Source: a bacterium (GTDB lineage: Bacteria; Patescibacteriota; Minisyncoccia; Minisyncoccales; JAGGXC01). Taken from it: a stretch of 64,000 nt of DNA. The position numbers and the translations under genes were made by a program. Below, in pieces: positions 35,020 through 44,945 of the stretch (position 1 is the stretch's first letter; every line of letters begins with the position of its first letter). The stretch spans positions 13,800 through 77,799 of the forward strand of contig JAGGWD010000015.1 of NCBI GenBank assembly GCA_021157625.1, read 5' to 3'. The notes beneath the pieces are model-generated. The model was given only the letters and a program-made list of their open reading frames with translations, was not told where the DNA came from and did no database searches.

Positions 35020-36846
35020 ATGCCTTTTCCTTTCTTTAAAAGAAAATCAAGCATACCAGAATTAGAGAAAATCGCTCAAGAAACTATTTTAGATGTAAAA
35101 GATATTATCGCTCCTTCTTCCATTATCGTAGGAGATGAGTCTATAAAATTGGGAGGGCGATTAGCAAAAAGCTTCTTTATTTTCTCTTATCCCCGCTATC
35201 TTAGTACAGGATGGCTTTCTCCTGTAATCAATCTAGATACTCCAATGGATATTGCTATCTTTATTCATCCTCTTGAAACAGGGCCATTACTCAAAAAACT
35301 AAGAAGACGAGTAACAGAGGTACAGGCAGAAATTGCTGAAAGAGAAGAGAAGGGACTAATAAGAGATCCGGCTCTTGAAACTGCTTATCGGGATCTAGAA
35401 ACCTTGAGAGAAAGACTCCAAACTGCTCAAGAAAGAATGGCAAATCTTGGGGTATACATCACTATTTATGGAGAAAATGAAAAACAATTAAAAGAAATCG
35501 AAACAACAATTCGTTCAATCCTTGAAGCAAGGCTTATATATATAAAACCCAATACTTACAAACAAAGAGAAGGTTTCATTTCTGCTCTTCCCTATGGAAT
35601 GGATAAGATCCAAAGGTATACTTTAATGAACACTTCTCCTATATCAAGCATTTTTCCGTTTATTTCTTTTGATTTAAGTAGTAACGAAGGAATTCTTTAT
35701 GGAATTAATAAACACAACAACTCTCTCATCCTCTTTGATAGATTTTCTCTTGAGAATGCCAACGAAGTTGTCTTTGGAAAAGCGGGAGGAGGTAAAAGCT
35801 ATGCTGTGAAATTAGAAATTCTAAGACTGCTAATGCAGGGAGTAGATGTGATAGTAATCGATCCTGAAAACGAATATGAGTTTTTAGCTGATGCCGTGGG
35901 CGGTTCGTTCTTTAACATATCTCTCTCTTCCCAAAACCATATCAATCCTTTTGATTTGCCAGTTGTAAGAGAAGATGAAAAACCTGAAGATGTCTTAAGA
36001 GCAAATGTAATAAACCTAGTAGGACTCCTCCGAATAATGCTAGGAGGGTTAACTCCAGAAGAAGACGCTATAATAGACAGAGCTATTACTGAAACCTATG
36101 CTGCCAGAGATATAACCCCAGAAACAAATCCTGAAACCTGGCACGCCAATATTCCTTTAATGGAGGATTTAGAATCTGTTCTGGAAGGAATGGAAGGAAC
36201 AGAGTCTCTGGTAAGAAGATTAAGAAAATTCACAAAAGGCACTTACTCTCAATTTTTTAATCAACCTACAAACATCTCTATGGAAAAAAGTTTTGTCTCT
36301 TTTGGAATAAGAGACATGGAAGAGGAATTACGTCCAATGGCAATGTTTGTAATTATGCGCTATATCTGGAACAAAGTAAGATCAGAATTGAAAAAAAGAG
36401 TTCTTGTAGTAGATGAAGCATGGTGGATAATGCAGACAGAAGATGGCGCCTCTTTCCTATATGGTCTTGCAAAGAGAGCAAGAAAATACTGGTTAGGAGT
36501 GACTACCGTAACTCAAGACGTTGGTGATTTTATGAAATCCACTTATGGCCAACCAATTATCACTAATTCTTCTATTCAACTACTTCTAAAACAAAGCCCT
36601 GCCACTATAGATGTAGTCCAGAAAGCGTTTAATTTAACCGAACAAGAAAAGTATCTATTGCTTGAATCAGCAGTAGGAGAGGGATTGTTTTTTGCTGGGC
36701 CCAAGCATGTGGCAATTAAAATAGTAGCTTCTTATGCTGAAGATCAATTCATTACCACTTCCCCAGAACAAGTTCTCAAAATTAAAAAAGCCAAAGAAAA
36801 ATTAGCTAAAGAAAAACCTCTATCTGAGGAAGAAAAACTTTATTAA
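35020..36846 (+). CDS. VirB4/TrbE/CagE-family type IV secretion ATPase (608 aa)
   Basis: Walker A GKAGGGKSY, Walker B VLVVDEAWW, and N-terminal conserved YPRYLSTGWLSPV, as in monoderm VirB4 homologues. Confidence 0.75.
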   Translation: MPFPFFKRKSSIPELEKIAQETILDVKDIIAPSSIIVGDESIKLGGRLAKSFFIFSYPRYLSTGWLSPVINLDTPMDIAIFIHPLETGPLLKKLRRRVTEVQAEIAEREEKGLIRDPALETAYRDLETLRERLQTAQERMANLGVYITIYGENEKQLKEIETTIRSILEARLIYIKPNTYKQREGFISALPYGMDKIQRYTLMNTSPISSIFPFISFDLSSNEGILYGINKHNNSLILFDRFSLENANEVVFGKAGGGKSYAVKLEILRLLMQGVDVIVIDPENEYEFLADAVGGSFFNISLSSQNHINPFDLPVVREDEKPEDVLRANVINLVGLLRIMLGGLTPEEDAIIDRAITETYAARDITPETNPETWHANIPLMEDLESVLEGMEGTESLVRRLRKFTKGTYSQFFNQPTNISMEKSFVSFGIRDMEEELRPMAMFVIMRYIWNKVRSELKKRVLVVDEAWWIMQTEDGASFLYGLAKRARKYWLGVTTVTQDVGDFMKSTYGQPIITNSSIQLLLKQSPATIDVVQKAFNLTEQEKYLLLESAVGEGLFFAGPKHVAIKIVASYAEDQFITTSPEQVLKIKKAKEKLAKEKPLSEEEKLY

Positions 36847-37304
36847 GGATAAGGACGCACAACTACTCTTCTCTTGGGCTCTTTCCCAATACTCTCTGTG
36901 GTAACGCTTCTGCGATCAGCTAATTCTAAATGAATGATTCTTCTTTCATAAGCAGGCATTGGAGGTAGAACTTTTTCTTTCTTTGTTAAAGTTACATCAT
37001 CAGCAATAGAACGAGCAAGCTGACGAAGATATTCTATTTTCTTTTTTTTATATCCATTTATGTCAAGATCAATATAGAAACTTTTATCAATTTTTCTCCT
37101 CAAGATTGCTTTCAAAAGACGCTGAACTTCTAACAATGTTTGGCCTCTCTCGCCGATTAAAATCTGAGGCTCCTGAACCTTAACATCAATAGGTAATGTA
37201 TCTTGGTGACAAGCGCCTACCTTTATCTCTGCCGAGATATTCATCTTTTCGAAAAACTCCTCTACAACATTCTTGATATTAGTAATTTCTTGTGAGGTTA
37301 ACAT
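36843..37304 (-). CDS. khpB: Jag/KhpB RNA-binding protein (KH + R3H)
   Basis: 153 aa with KH-like GxxG (IGERGQTL) and an R3H C-terminus; downstream of yidC. Confidence 0.8.
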   Translation of the reverse strand: MLTSQEITNIKNVVEEFFEKMNISAEIKVGACHQDTLPIDVKVQEPQILIGERGQTLLEVQRLLKAILRRKIDKSFYIDLDINGYKKKKIEYLRQLARSIADDVTLTKKEKVLPPMPAYERRIIHLELADRRSVTTESIGKEPKRRVVVRPYP

Positions 37305-38016
37305 TTTTTTGATGATGGAAAATCAAATATTGTTGTCCTATAGAAAAAATGGTAGAAGTAAGCCAATAAAGTCCAATCGCAGCAGGTAATTGCCATAAAA
37401 TTACAACGGTCATAAAAGCAAAAATATAAGTCATTTGTTTTTGCATTGCTTGAGAAAAATCTTCTATCTTTCTAGAAGAACTCCGCGGCTCAACCATCTT
37501 AGATTGTAAAAATTGAAATACTCCTGCCAATAGAGCTAAAGATTTGGAAGGATTAGTAAGAGCGATGATTCCCAAAAACATAGGATTAATTTCAGAAGGA
37601 GGAGTTACAAAACTATATAAAAGAGAGGGCTCTATACTTCCTGAATCAAAACTTATATTTTTGAGGACCAAAAATAAAGCAATTAAAATTGGTAATTGAA
37701 TCAATAAAGGCAAACAACCAGAAAAAGGATTTATCTCTTTCTTTTTGTAAAGTTCCATTATAGCTTTTGCTTGTTTTTCTTTATCTTCCTTAAACTTCTT
37801 TTGAATTTCTTTTATTTGAGGTTGAATTTCTTGAAGAGCTTTCTGTGATTTTATTGACTTAAGAGAGACAGGGAAAAGGACAATTTTTATAATACATGTT
37901 AAAGCAATAATAGCCACGCCAAAATCATGGCCCGGCAGATAGTTATACAGAAGAACTAAACTATTAATTATGGGACGATATAAGATAATATTAAAAAAAG
38001 CTCTTAAGATCTCCAT
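37279..38016 (-). CDS. yidC: Membrane protein insertase YidC/Oxa1 (short form)
   Basis: 245 aa with 5 TM helices and the YidC signature around PLLIQLPILIALF. Confidence 0.85.
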   Translation of the reverse strand: MEILRAFFNIILYRPIINSLVLLYNYLPGHDFGVAIIALTCIIKIVLFPVSLKSIKSQKALQEIQPQIKEIQKKFKEDKEKQAKAIMELYKKKEINPFSGCLPLLIQLPILIALFLVLKNISFDSGSIEPSLLYSFVTPPSEINPMFLGIIALTNPSKSLALLAGVFQFLQSKMVEPRSSSRKIEDFSQAMQKQMTYIFAFMTVVILWQLPAAIGLYWLTSTIFSIGQQYLIFHHQKNVNLTRNY

Positions 38017-38017
38017 T

Positions 38018-38242
38018 TTAAGGAATATCTACTCCTCCTTTATTTAATGGATGGCATTTTAATATTCTCTTAACTGCCAAAAATATTCCTTTCCTTGCGC
38101 CGTATTTCTTTATGCTCAAAAAACAATATTCAGAACAAGTAGGATAAAAACGACAATGCTTTCCAATCAAAGGAGAAATGAATCTCTGATAAAATTTAAT
38201 TATCTTAAGAAGACCTTTTTTCATTAAACAATTTTGCTTCAT
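38018..38242 (-). CDS. yidD: Membrane protein insertion efficiency factor YidD
   Basis: 74 aa with YQRFISP...[10 protein letters not shown] motif. Confidence 0.8.
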   Translation of the reverse strand: MKQNCLMKKGLLKIIKFYQRFISPLIGKHCRFYPTCSEYCFLSIKKYGARKGIFLAVKRILKCHPLNKGGVDIP

Positions 38243-38561
38243 TAAAGAGATTCTCTACTATTTTCTCTAATTCCACAAAAGTTTTTCTTTCTATTCCTGG
38301 CCTAGCAATTAAAACCCCGTCTACCTTTTTCTTTATACTGGGCAATCTCTTTCTTACTATCTCTCTCAATCTCCTTTTTATCTTGTTTCGCACCACCGCT
38401 TTTTTGCTCACTTTCTGTGAAACCACAAAACCAAATCTGGGGTTTTCTAAATTATTATCAACAATCTTTAAAATCAAGACTTCTTCCTCAAACCCTTTGC
38501 CTCTTTTAAATACATATTCAAAATCCTTTCTTTTTTTTAGTCTATTTTCTGCAGGAAGCAT
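38205..38561 (-). CDS. rnpA: Ribonuclease P protein component
   Basis: 118 aa, basic, with RNR-like motif ([15 protein letters not shown]). Confidence 0.8.
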   Translation of the reverse strand: MLPAENRLKKRKDFEYVFKRGKGFEEEVLILKIVDNNLENPRFGFVVSQKVSKKAVVRNKIKRRLREIVRKRLPSIKKKVDGVLIARPGIERKTFVELEKIVENLFNEAKLFNEKRSS

Positions 38562-38563
38562 TT

Positions 38564-38698
38564 CTAGACAGTAATTCTTTTTCTTTTCTTTTTCCTTCTT
38601 CTCTTTATTACTCTTCTACCTCCTGGGGTTTTCTTTCTTTTTCTAAAACCGTGAGTCTTTTTTCTCTTTCGCTTTTTTGGTTGGTAAGTAATACTCAT
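38564..38698 (-). CDS. rpmH: 50S ribosomal protein L34 (not in the ORF track; 44 aa)
   Basis: Manual translation of the minus strand gives [44 protein letters not shown], the canonical L34 pattern (xxQPxxxKRxxxHGFRxR...GRxVLxxRRxKGR). rpmH-rnpA-yidD-yidC-jag is the conserved order. Confidence 0.8.
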   Translation of the reverse strand: MSITYQPKKRKRKKTHGFRKRKKTPGGRRVIKRRRKKKRKRITV

Positions 38699-38863
38699 TG
38701 TTTTTCTAGTATAAAGCTTTCTCAAGAAGAAGTCAACTTTACTAAAAATTCACAGATTCTCCCCAATTTTTTAACAAAAAACCGTTTTTTTACTATTTCT
38801 TATGAATATTTGACACCCCTAAAAAGACAATACTATAATATGTTAGGAACTAATTAAAAAACT

Positions 38864-40219
38864 ATGACCAAAGAAGAACTGTGGGAAGCAGTTTTGGCTC
38901 AAATTAAATTTAAAATCTCTAAAGCTAACTTTGCTACTTGGTTTAGAAATACAGAAATTATTGACAAAAAAGGAAACGCTATAATCATCTCTGTCCCAAA
39001 CGCTTTTTCGAAAGAATGGCTAGAACAGAAATATAATAAATTCATTTTAAAAATCCTCCATAATTTAGATAGAGAAATAAAGGAAGTAAAATATGTCATA
39101 AGCCATGGACAGCCCAAAAAGCAAGAAACGGAAGATCTTTCTGTTTCTGACATTGTGCCTGATCAATTGGAACTCGAGGAGTATAAAATCAACAAATTAA
39201 CAAATATAAATCCGCGTTATACTTTTGAAAACTTTGTAGTAGGACCTTTCAACGAAATGGCTCATGCAGCCGCGACAGCTGTTACTAAAAATCCAGGCAG
39301 AATTTATAATCCATTATTTATCTATGGAGGTGTAGGATTAGGAAAAACCCATCTTCTTCAGGCAATAGGAAATAAGATTATTGAAGATTTTCCTGAGAAG
39401 ACAGTAAGATATATTCCTGCAGAAAGATTTATTTCAGGCATCGTTAATTCTATAAGGAATCATGATATAGAGAGTTTTAAATTAGAGTACCAAAAGGTAG
39501 ATGTATTGATTATTGATGATATTCAGTTTTTAGCTGGAAAAGAAAAAACTCAAGAAGAATTCTTCCATCTTTTTAATTCGCTTTATGAAAGAGACAAGCA
39601 AATTGTATTATCCTCGGACCGTCCTCCAAAAGCTATCCCTTCTCTGGAAGAAAGGTTGCGTTCTCGCTTTGAGGGAGGAATGATTGCTGACATTGGACTT
39701 CCTGATTATGAAACCCGATTAGCTATTTTAAAAACAAAGATTAAACAAAAAGGAACAAATCTTCCAGAGAAGATTTTGAGCTTTATTGCTTCAAATATTA
39801 AAAATAACATACGAGAATTAGAAGGGGCTCTAAACAGACTCGTAGCCTACCAAAAATTAAACAACAAAACTCCTACCTTAGAAGTAGCTCAATCTCTTCT
39901 TAAAAATTTAATCCAGGGTCCCAAAAAAGTTATAACCGCAAAACAATTAATAAAAACAGTGGCTGAATTCTATGATTTAAAAGAAAAGGATCTTCTAGCG
40001 CCTTCAAGAAAAAAAGAAGTAGTAAAACCTCGTCAAATAGTAATGTATTTATTAAGAGAAGAATTGAAATATTCGTATCCTGCTATAGGGAGAAAATTAG
40101 GAGGAAAAGATCATACCACAATCATTTATGGGTGTGAAAAAATAAGTAAAGAATTAGAGAAAAATGAAAGTTTAGCTGAGGAGTTAAGGTTAATCCGACA
40201 GAGAATAGTAAGTGGATAA
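38864..40219 (+). CDS. dnaA: Chromosomal replication initiator DnaA
   Basis: 451 aa with AAA+ Walker A GGVGLGKTHLLQAIGN, box VII, and a C-terminal DNA-binding domain. Confidence 0.95.
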   Translation: MTKEELWEAVLAQIKFKISKANFATWFRNTEIIDKKGNAIIISVPNAFSKEWLEQKYNKFILKILHNLDREIKEVKYVISHGQPKKQETEDLSVSDIVPDQLELEEYKINKLTNINPRYTFENFVVGPFNEMAHAAATAVTKNPGRIYNPLFIYGGVGLGKTHLLQAIGNKIIEDFPEKTVRYIPAERFISGIVNSIRNHDIESFKLEYQKVDVLIIDDIQFLAGKEKTQEEFFHLFNSLYERDKQIVLSSDRPPKAIPSLEERLRSRFEGGMIADIGLPDYETRLAILKTKIKQKGTNLPEKILSFIASNIKNNIRELEGALNRLVAYQKLNNKTPTLEVAQSLLKNLIQGPKKVITAKQLIKTVAEFYDLKEKDLLAPSRKKEVVKPRQIVMYLLREELKYSYPAIGRKLGGKDHTTIIYGCEKISKELEKNESLAEELRLIRQRIVSG

Positions 40220-40384
40220 ATATGGGATAAAGTAAAACAAACCAAATAATCCCCAATCAAACCCCATTCCCTTAAACAATTTCTTTTATCCTCACAAGCC
40301 TATAAACACAACAAGAAACCCAAAAAATATTAAAAACAAAAAAATTCTACAATTATTAAGATTAAATAATTTAGAATAAAAAAT
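40220..40384. other. Candidate oriC / DnaA-box region (dnaA-dnaN intergenic)
   Basis: Degenerate DnaA boxes (ttatcctca at ~40297, tgggataaa at ~40224) plus a strongly AT-rich stretch (aaaaaatattaaaaacaaaaaaattctacaattattaag). A second candidate is the rpmH-dnaA spacer at 38699-38863. Confidence 0.35.
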
Positions 40385-41512
40385 ATGAAATTATCTATCT
40401 TAAAAGATGAACTACAAGCAGGACTAAATGCAATTACCAGAATAACTTCTAAATCGATTACTTTACCTATTCTGAATAACATTTTAATTGCCTGCGAGAA
40501 AAATTTTCTAAAACTTGCAAGTACTGATCTAGAAATAGGGATAAAATACTGGATCTTAGCTAAAACAGAAAAAGAAGGTGCTATCACTGTTCCTGCAAAA
40601 TTTTTCGCTAATCTGATAAACCTTATTCCTGATCAAAAAATAGATTTAGAAGAAAAAAACAATATCTTATATATCGAAACAAAAAATTACAAAAGCCAAA
40701 TAAAAGGAATTAGCGCAGATGATTTTCCTATTATTCCTCAGATAAAAAGTAATAAAATTTTAGAGATAAAAGCAAAAACATTAAGTGAAGGACTTTCTCA
40801 AATTATAGATACAGCTTCACCTTCTCAAACAAGGCCTGAAATATCCGGAATTTCTTTTTCCGTTTCTAAAAATATAGTAGAGATGGCAGCTACTGACAGT
40901 TTTAGGTTAGCAGAGAAAAAGATTATACTTCCGAAAGAATCTTCGATTCCTGAGACATCAGTGATTCTTCTTCAAAAGGCAGCCAGAGAAATAATCAATA
41001 TATTTGGAGAAGATACAAAAAGAATTAAGATTTATTTTTCTCCGAACCAAGTGATGTTTGAATCAGAAATGAACGAAGTTAAACATCCACATATTCAGTT
41101 GATCTCACGCCTTATAGAGGGCGAATATCCAAATTATAAAGAAATTATTCCTTCTAGTTTTAAAACGCAAATTGTACTTTCTCGACAGGATTTCTTAAAT
41201 CAAATAAAAACTGCCAGCTTATTCAGTGGAAAGATTAATGAGATAAAAATCAAGGCCAATCCAGAGCAAGAAATAGTTGAGGTTTATGCTCAAAATCCAG
41301 ATCTTGGACAGAATAAATCCAGAATAAAAGCAAAAGTAAGAGGCCAAAAAGCAGAGGTTTGTTTTAATCATAGATTTCTTACGGCTGGGCTTTCAAATAT
41401 AAAAACAAAAGAGGTAATTTTTGGCCTGAACGGAGAAGAAGATCCTGCTGTTCTTAAGCCTCTAGATGATGAGAGTTTTATTTATGTAGTAATGCCTATA
41501 AAAAGTAGTTAG
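40385..41512 (+). CDS. dnaN: DNA polymerase III beta sliding clamp
   Basis: 375 aa directly downstream of dnaA, with three-domain clamp architecture. Confidence 0.9.
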   Translation: MKLSILKDELQAGLNAITRITSKSITLPILNNILIACEKNFLKLASTDLEIGIKYWILAKTEKEGAITVPAKFFANLINLIPDQKIDLEEKNNILYIETKNYKSQIKGISADDFPIIPQIKSNKILEIKAKTLSEGLSQIIDTASPSQTRPEISGISFSVSKNIVEMAATDSFRLAEKKIILPKESSIPETSVILLQKAAREIINIFGEDTKRIKIYFSPNQVMFESEMNEVKHPHIQLISRLIEGEYPNYKEIIPSSFKTQIVLSRQDFLNQIKTASLFSGKINEIKIKANPEQEIVEVYAQNPDLGQNKSRIKAKVRGQKAEVCFNHRFLTAGLSNIKTKEVIFGLNGEEDPAVLKPLDDESFIYVVMPIKSS

Positions 41513-43723
41513 GTTTTGAATTCTGGATGTAGTAAAAGCCATCTTTTAATTCCTTCTTCCCAGTTTTTAAATTGAATGTCTTGGCTTGGATCTTGTGGAT
41601 TCGGACCTAAGGGGTCGTTTTTATTTACATAATAAAGAATAGAATGATTACCCTTACCTATTTGTCCGTTCAAAACGGGTTTGGTGGTTGAGGCATTTTC
41701 TGGTTTTTCAAAATTTTGAGAAGGAAAATTCTTAAGTGCCTCTTCCATAAAACTATGGAAAATAGGTCCTGCTAGTACCACTCCTGGTTTTTTGAAGGTA
41801 GGAAGGTTGTTATTATTCCCTACCCATACTCCTACTACAATTGAAGGGGTATAACCAATAGTCCAGGCATCTCTGTATTCTTGAGTTGTTCCTGTTTTTG
41901 CTGCTACTTCTTTTTCTTGAAAGTATAAAGGGGAATGTAAACCAAACATTGGCGTTCTTGCTTCGTTGTCAGAGAGAATATCATTGATTTGTCTACAAAC
42001 TTCTTTATCTAATACTCTTTTGGGAGTGATTTTAGCTTCTTCTAAAATGTTTCCTTGCGAATCTTCAATTTTTAGTATGCTTATCGGGGGGTACTTTTAA
42101 TCCTTCTGTAGCAAAAACTCCATAAGCAGAAACCATATCGAGAAGCTTTACCTCCCCTCCTCCTAAAACTAATGAAAGGCCATATTCAGAAGGTTTTTTG
42201 TTGAGGGTAGTAATCCCTAGTTTTTTTGCTAAGTTAATAGTATTTTCAACACCAGCAAGATAAAGAACTTTTACTGAAGTAACATTAATAGACTGAGCAA
42301 GAGAACTTTTAGCGGTAATAGGTCCTCGGAATTTTCCGTCATAGTTTTGAGGATGATAGCATTTTAATCCATATTTATCTTTTGTTTGAGTAGCAGAAGG
42401 GTCACAGTTTGGGTTAAATTCAGTTTCTACGTCCCAAAGAATCATTTGAGGAGTAAAGCCTTTTTCAAAAGCGGCCGCATAGGCAAATGGTTTAAAAGCG
42501 GAGCCTGGCTGACGACCTGGATTGCTTTTTGTTCCTACGGCAATATTAAACTTTGGGTCAAAAAGGCATGTCTTTCCGGAAATACAATCTTTGGGATAAG
42601 GTTCTGCAAACCAATCAGCTGAACCAACCATAGATAGAATCTCTCCATTTTTTGGGTTTATTGCTACTAGAGCTGCGTTGTAGGCATTATAATTTCTATT
42701 TATTTTTACTCTCTCAGCTACAATTTTTTCTGCTTTTTTTTGAAGTTCCCAGTCAAGAGTAGTATAAACCTTTAGACCATTTTCGTTTAAAAAATCTTGA
42801 CCATACTTTTTGAGTAATTGTTGCTTAACATATAAGACAAAATGAGGAGCTTTAATTGGTTCTGTGACTTCTGCAAATTTTAACTTTTGATTTTTGGCTT
42901 CCTTGGCTTCTTGTGCGCTAATAAAGCCTAGATTTAACATACGATCTATTATATAATCTTTTCTTTCGAGTAATTCGTCTTTATGCATTCCATAGGGAGA
43001 AAGATAAGAAGGTGCTTTTATTAATGCAGCGAGCGTTGCCGCTTCTGCTAATGTAAGATCTTTGGCTGGTTTTTTAAAGAAGGTCTGGCTTGCAGCTTCA
43101 GCTCCATATGCATTAGAACCAAAAGGTACTTGGTTGAGATACCATTCCAATATCTGTTCTTTGGGATATTTCATCTCCAGTTCTAAACTTAAAACCACTT
43201 CTCTTATTTTGCGCTTTATAGTTTTCTCTCGTCCAAGAAACGAGGAACGGATGAGCTGTTGAGTAATAGTTGATCCTCCCTGAATCGGTTTTTTTAGTTT
43301 TAGATCGACCAGGATAGAGCGTATAATCCCTCCAAAATCTACTCCGTGATGGTGCCAGAAATTTTCATCTTCTGCTGCAATTACTGCTTTTTGTAGGAAA
43401 GGAGAAATTTCTTCTAAGGGCACAACTTCTCTTTTCTCCTCTCCATGAATGGTATACAGAAGCACTTTGCCTGTTCGGTCGTAGATCTTTGTAGATTGAA
43501 AAACTTTTCTCTCCAAAAAATCTTCTGGTCGAGGAAGATCCTTGATATAATAAACAAAGATAGCTGCACATCCCAAAAAAACAATCAAAAAAAACCCTCC
43601 CAGAAATTTAAAAACAAACAAGATCTTTTTGGGTAAGGTGTTTTTTTTGTATATCTTTAAATGTCTTTTTCTTCTTGCCATAAATGTCACTCTCATTTTA
43701 GAAAAATTGTTTTGAATTGGCAA
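41509..43723 (-). pseudogene. Class A penicillin-binding protein (GT51 + transpeptidase), interrupted by a 1-nt frameshift in a C6 homopolymer
   Basis: ORF 42065..43723 holds the N-terminal TM, GT51 motifs (EDENFWHHHG, GGSTITQQL) and TP SxxK (GSAFKP). ORF 41509..41949 holds the KTG motif (AKTGTT). Both frames encode Pro-Pro across gggggg at 42086-42091, and the second frame stays open upstream to 42097. Confidence 0.7.
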
Positions 43724-43751
43724 TTTATTCTTTTTTTTGTATGATTAAAAA

Positions 43752-44945
43752 ATGGTGAGCGTCAATCAAAAAAAGATAAATGAGCTTTTAACAAGAGGGG
43801 TAGAGACTATTATAGAGAAAAAGAGCCTGCTCAAAAAACTAAAGAGCGGAAAGAAGCTAAGAGTAAAACACGGAATAGATCCCACAGGTCCTAATATTCA
43901 TGTGGGAAGAGCGATTTCTTTTTGGAAACTAAGAGAGTTTCAAGAATTAGGGCACCAGGCTGTCTTGGTAATAGGAGATTTTACGGCTTGTATCGGAGAT
44001 GCTTCTGACAAAATAACAATGCGTCGCCCATTGACTCGTCCTGAAGTTAAAAGAAATTTAGCAACTTATTTAGATCAGATAGGTAAAATTTTGGATCTCA
44101 AAAAGACAGAAATTCACTACAATAGTGAGTGGTTGGACAAACTTAAAGCTCAAGAATTGGTTGAATTGGCAATGCATTTTACGGTTTATCAAATGATTAA
44201 CAGAAGAAATTTCAGAGAAAGATTTGAAGCAAAGAAACCGATTGGTCTTCATGAAATACTTTATCCTCTTTTTCAAGGGTATGATTCTATGATGGTTAGA
44301 GCTGATATTGAAATTGGAGGTTTTGATCAATTGTTTAATTTTATAATAGCAAGAAAAATTCAGGAAATTTATCATCAGAAGCCTCAGGATATTATAACCT
44401 TCAAATTGCTTTATGGAACTGACGGAAGGAAGATGAGTACTACTTGGGGAAATGTAATAAATATTTCTGATTCTCCCCAGGAACAATATGGAAAGGTGAT
44501 GTCTATAAGAGATGATTTAATAATTAATTATTTTGAAATGCTAACAAAGGTTCCGCTTAAGGAAGTAAAGGATATAAAAAAGGCTCTCTCTTTAGGAAAG
44601 CTTAGTCCTCGCGACGCAAAAGCAAGGCTAGCAAGAGAAATAGTAAAACTCTATTACGGAGAAAAAGAGGCTCTAAGAGCAGAAAAGGAATTTGAAAGAG
44701 TGTTTAAGGAGAAAAAACTTCCTTCCAAAATCAAAGCTATCTCTCTCAAAGAAAAGAAAATGAACATATGTGATTTGTTGAAGAAAACAGGACTTGTTTC
44801 TTCTAAATCTGAGGCCAAAAGGCTAATAATCCAAAAAGGTGTTAGAATTGATGGTCAACTTCAAGATAATTGGCAGAGAGAAGTAGAAATAAAAAAAGGA
44901 ATGATAATTCAAGTAGGAAAGAGAAAATTTGTAAAGATAAATTAA
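43752..44945 (+). CDS. tyrS: Tyrosyl-tRNA synthetase (class I, with C-terminal S4-like domain)
   Basis: HIGH-type motif (HVGR), KMSTT (KMSKS) and a C-terminal S4 RNA-binding motif. Confidence 0.75.
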   Translation: MVSVNQKKINELLTRGVETIIEKKSLLKKLKSGKKLRVKHGIDPTGPNIHVGRAISFWKLREFQELGHQAVLVIGDFTACIGDASDKITMRRPLTRPEVKRNLATYLDQIGKILDLKKTEIHYNSEWLDKLKAQELVELAMHFTVYQMINRRNFRERFEAKKPIGLHEILYPLFQGYDSMMVRADIEIGGFDQLFNFIIARKIQEIYHQKPQDIITFKLLYGTDGRKMSTTWGNVINISDSPQEQYGKVMSIRDDLIINYFEMLTKVPLKEVKDIKKALSLGKLSPRDAKARLAREIVKLYYGEKEALRAEKEFERVFKEKKLPSKIKAISLKEKKMNICDLLKKTGLVSSKSEAKRLIIQKGVRIDGQLQDNWQREVEIKKGMIIQVGKRKFVKIN

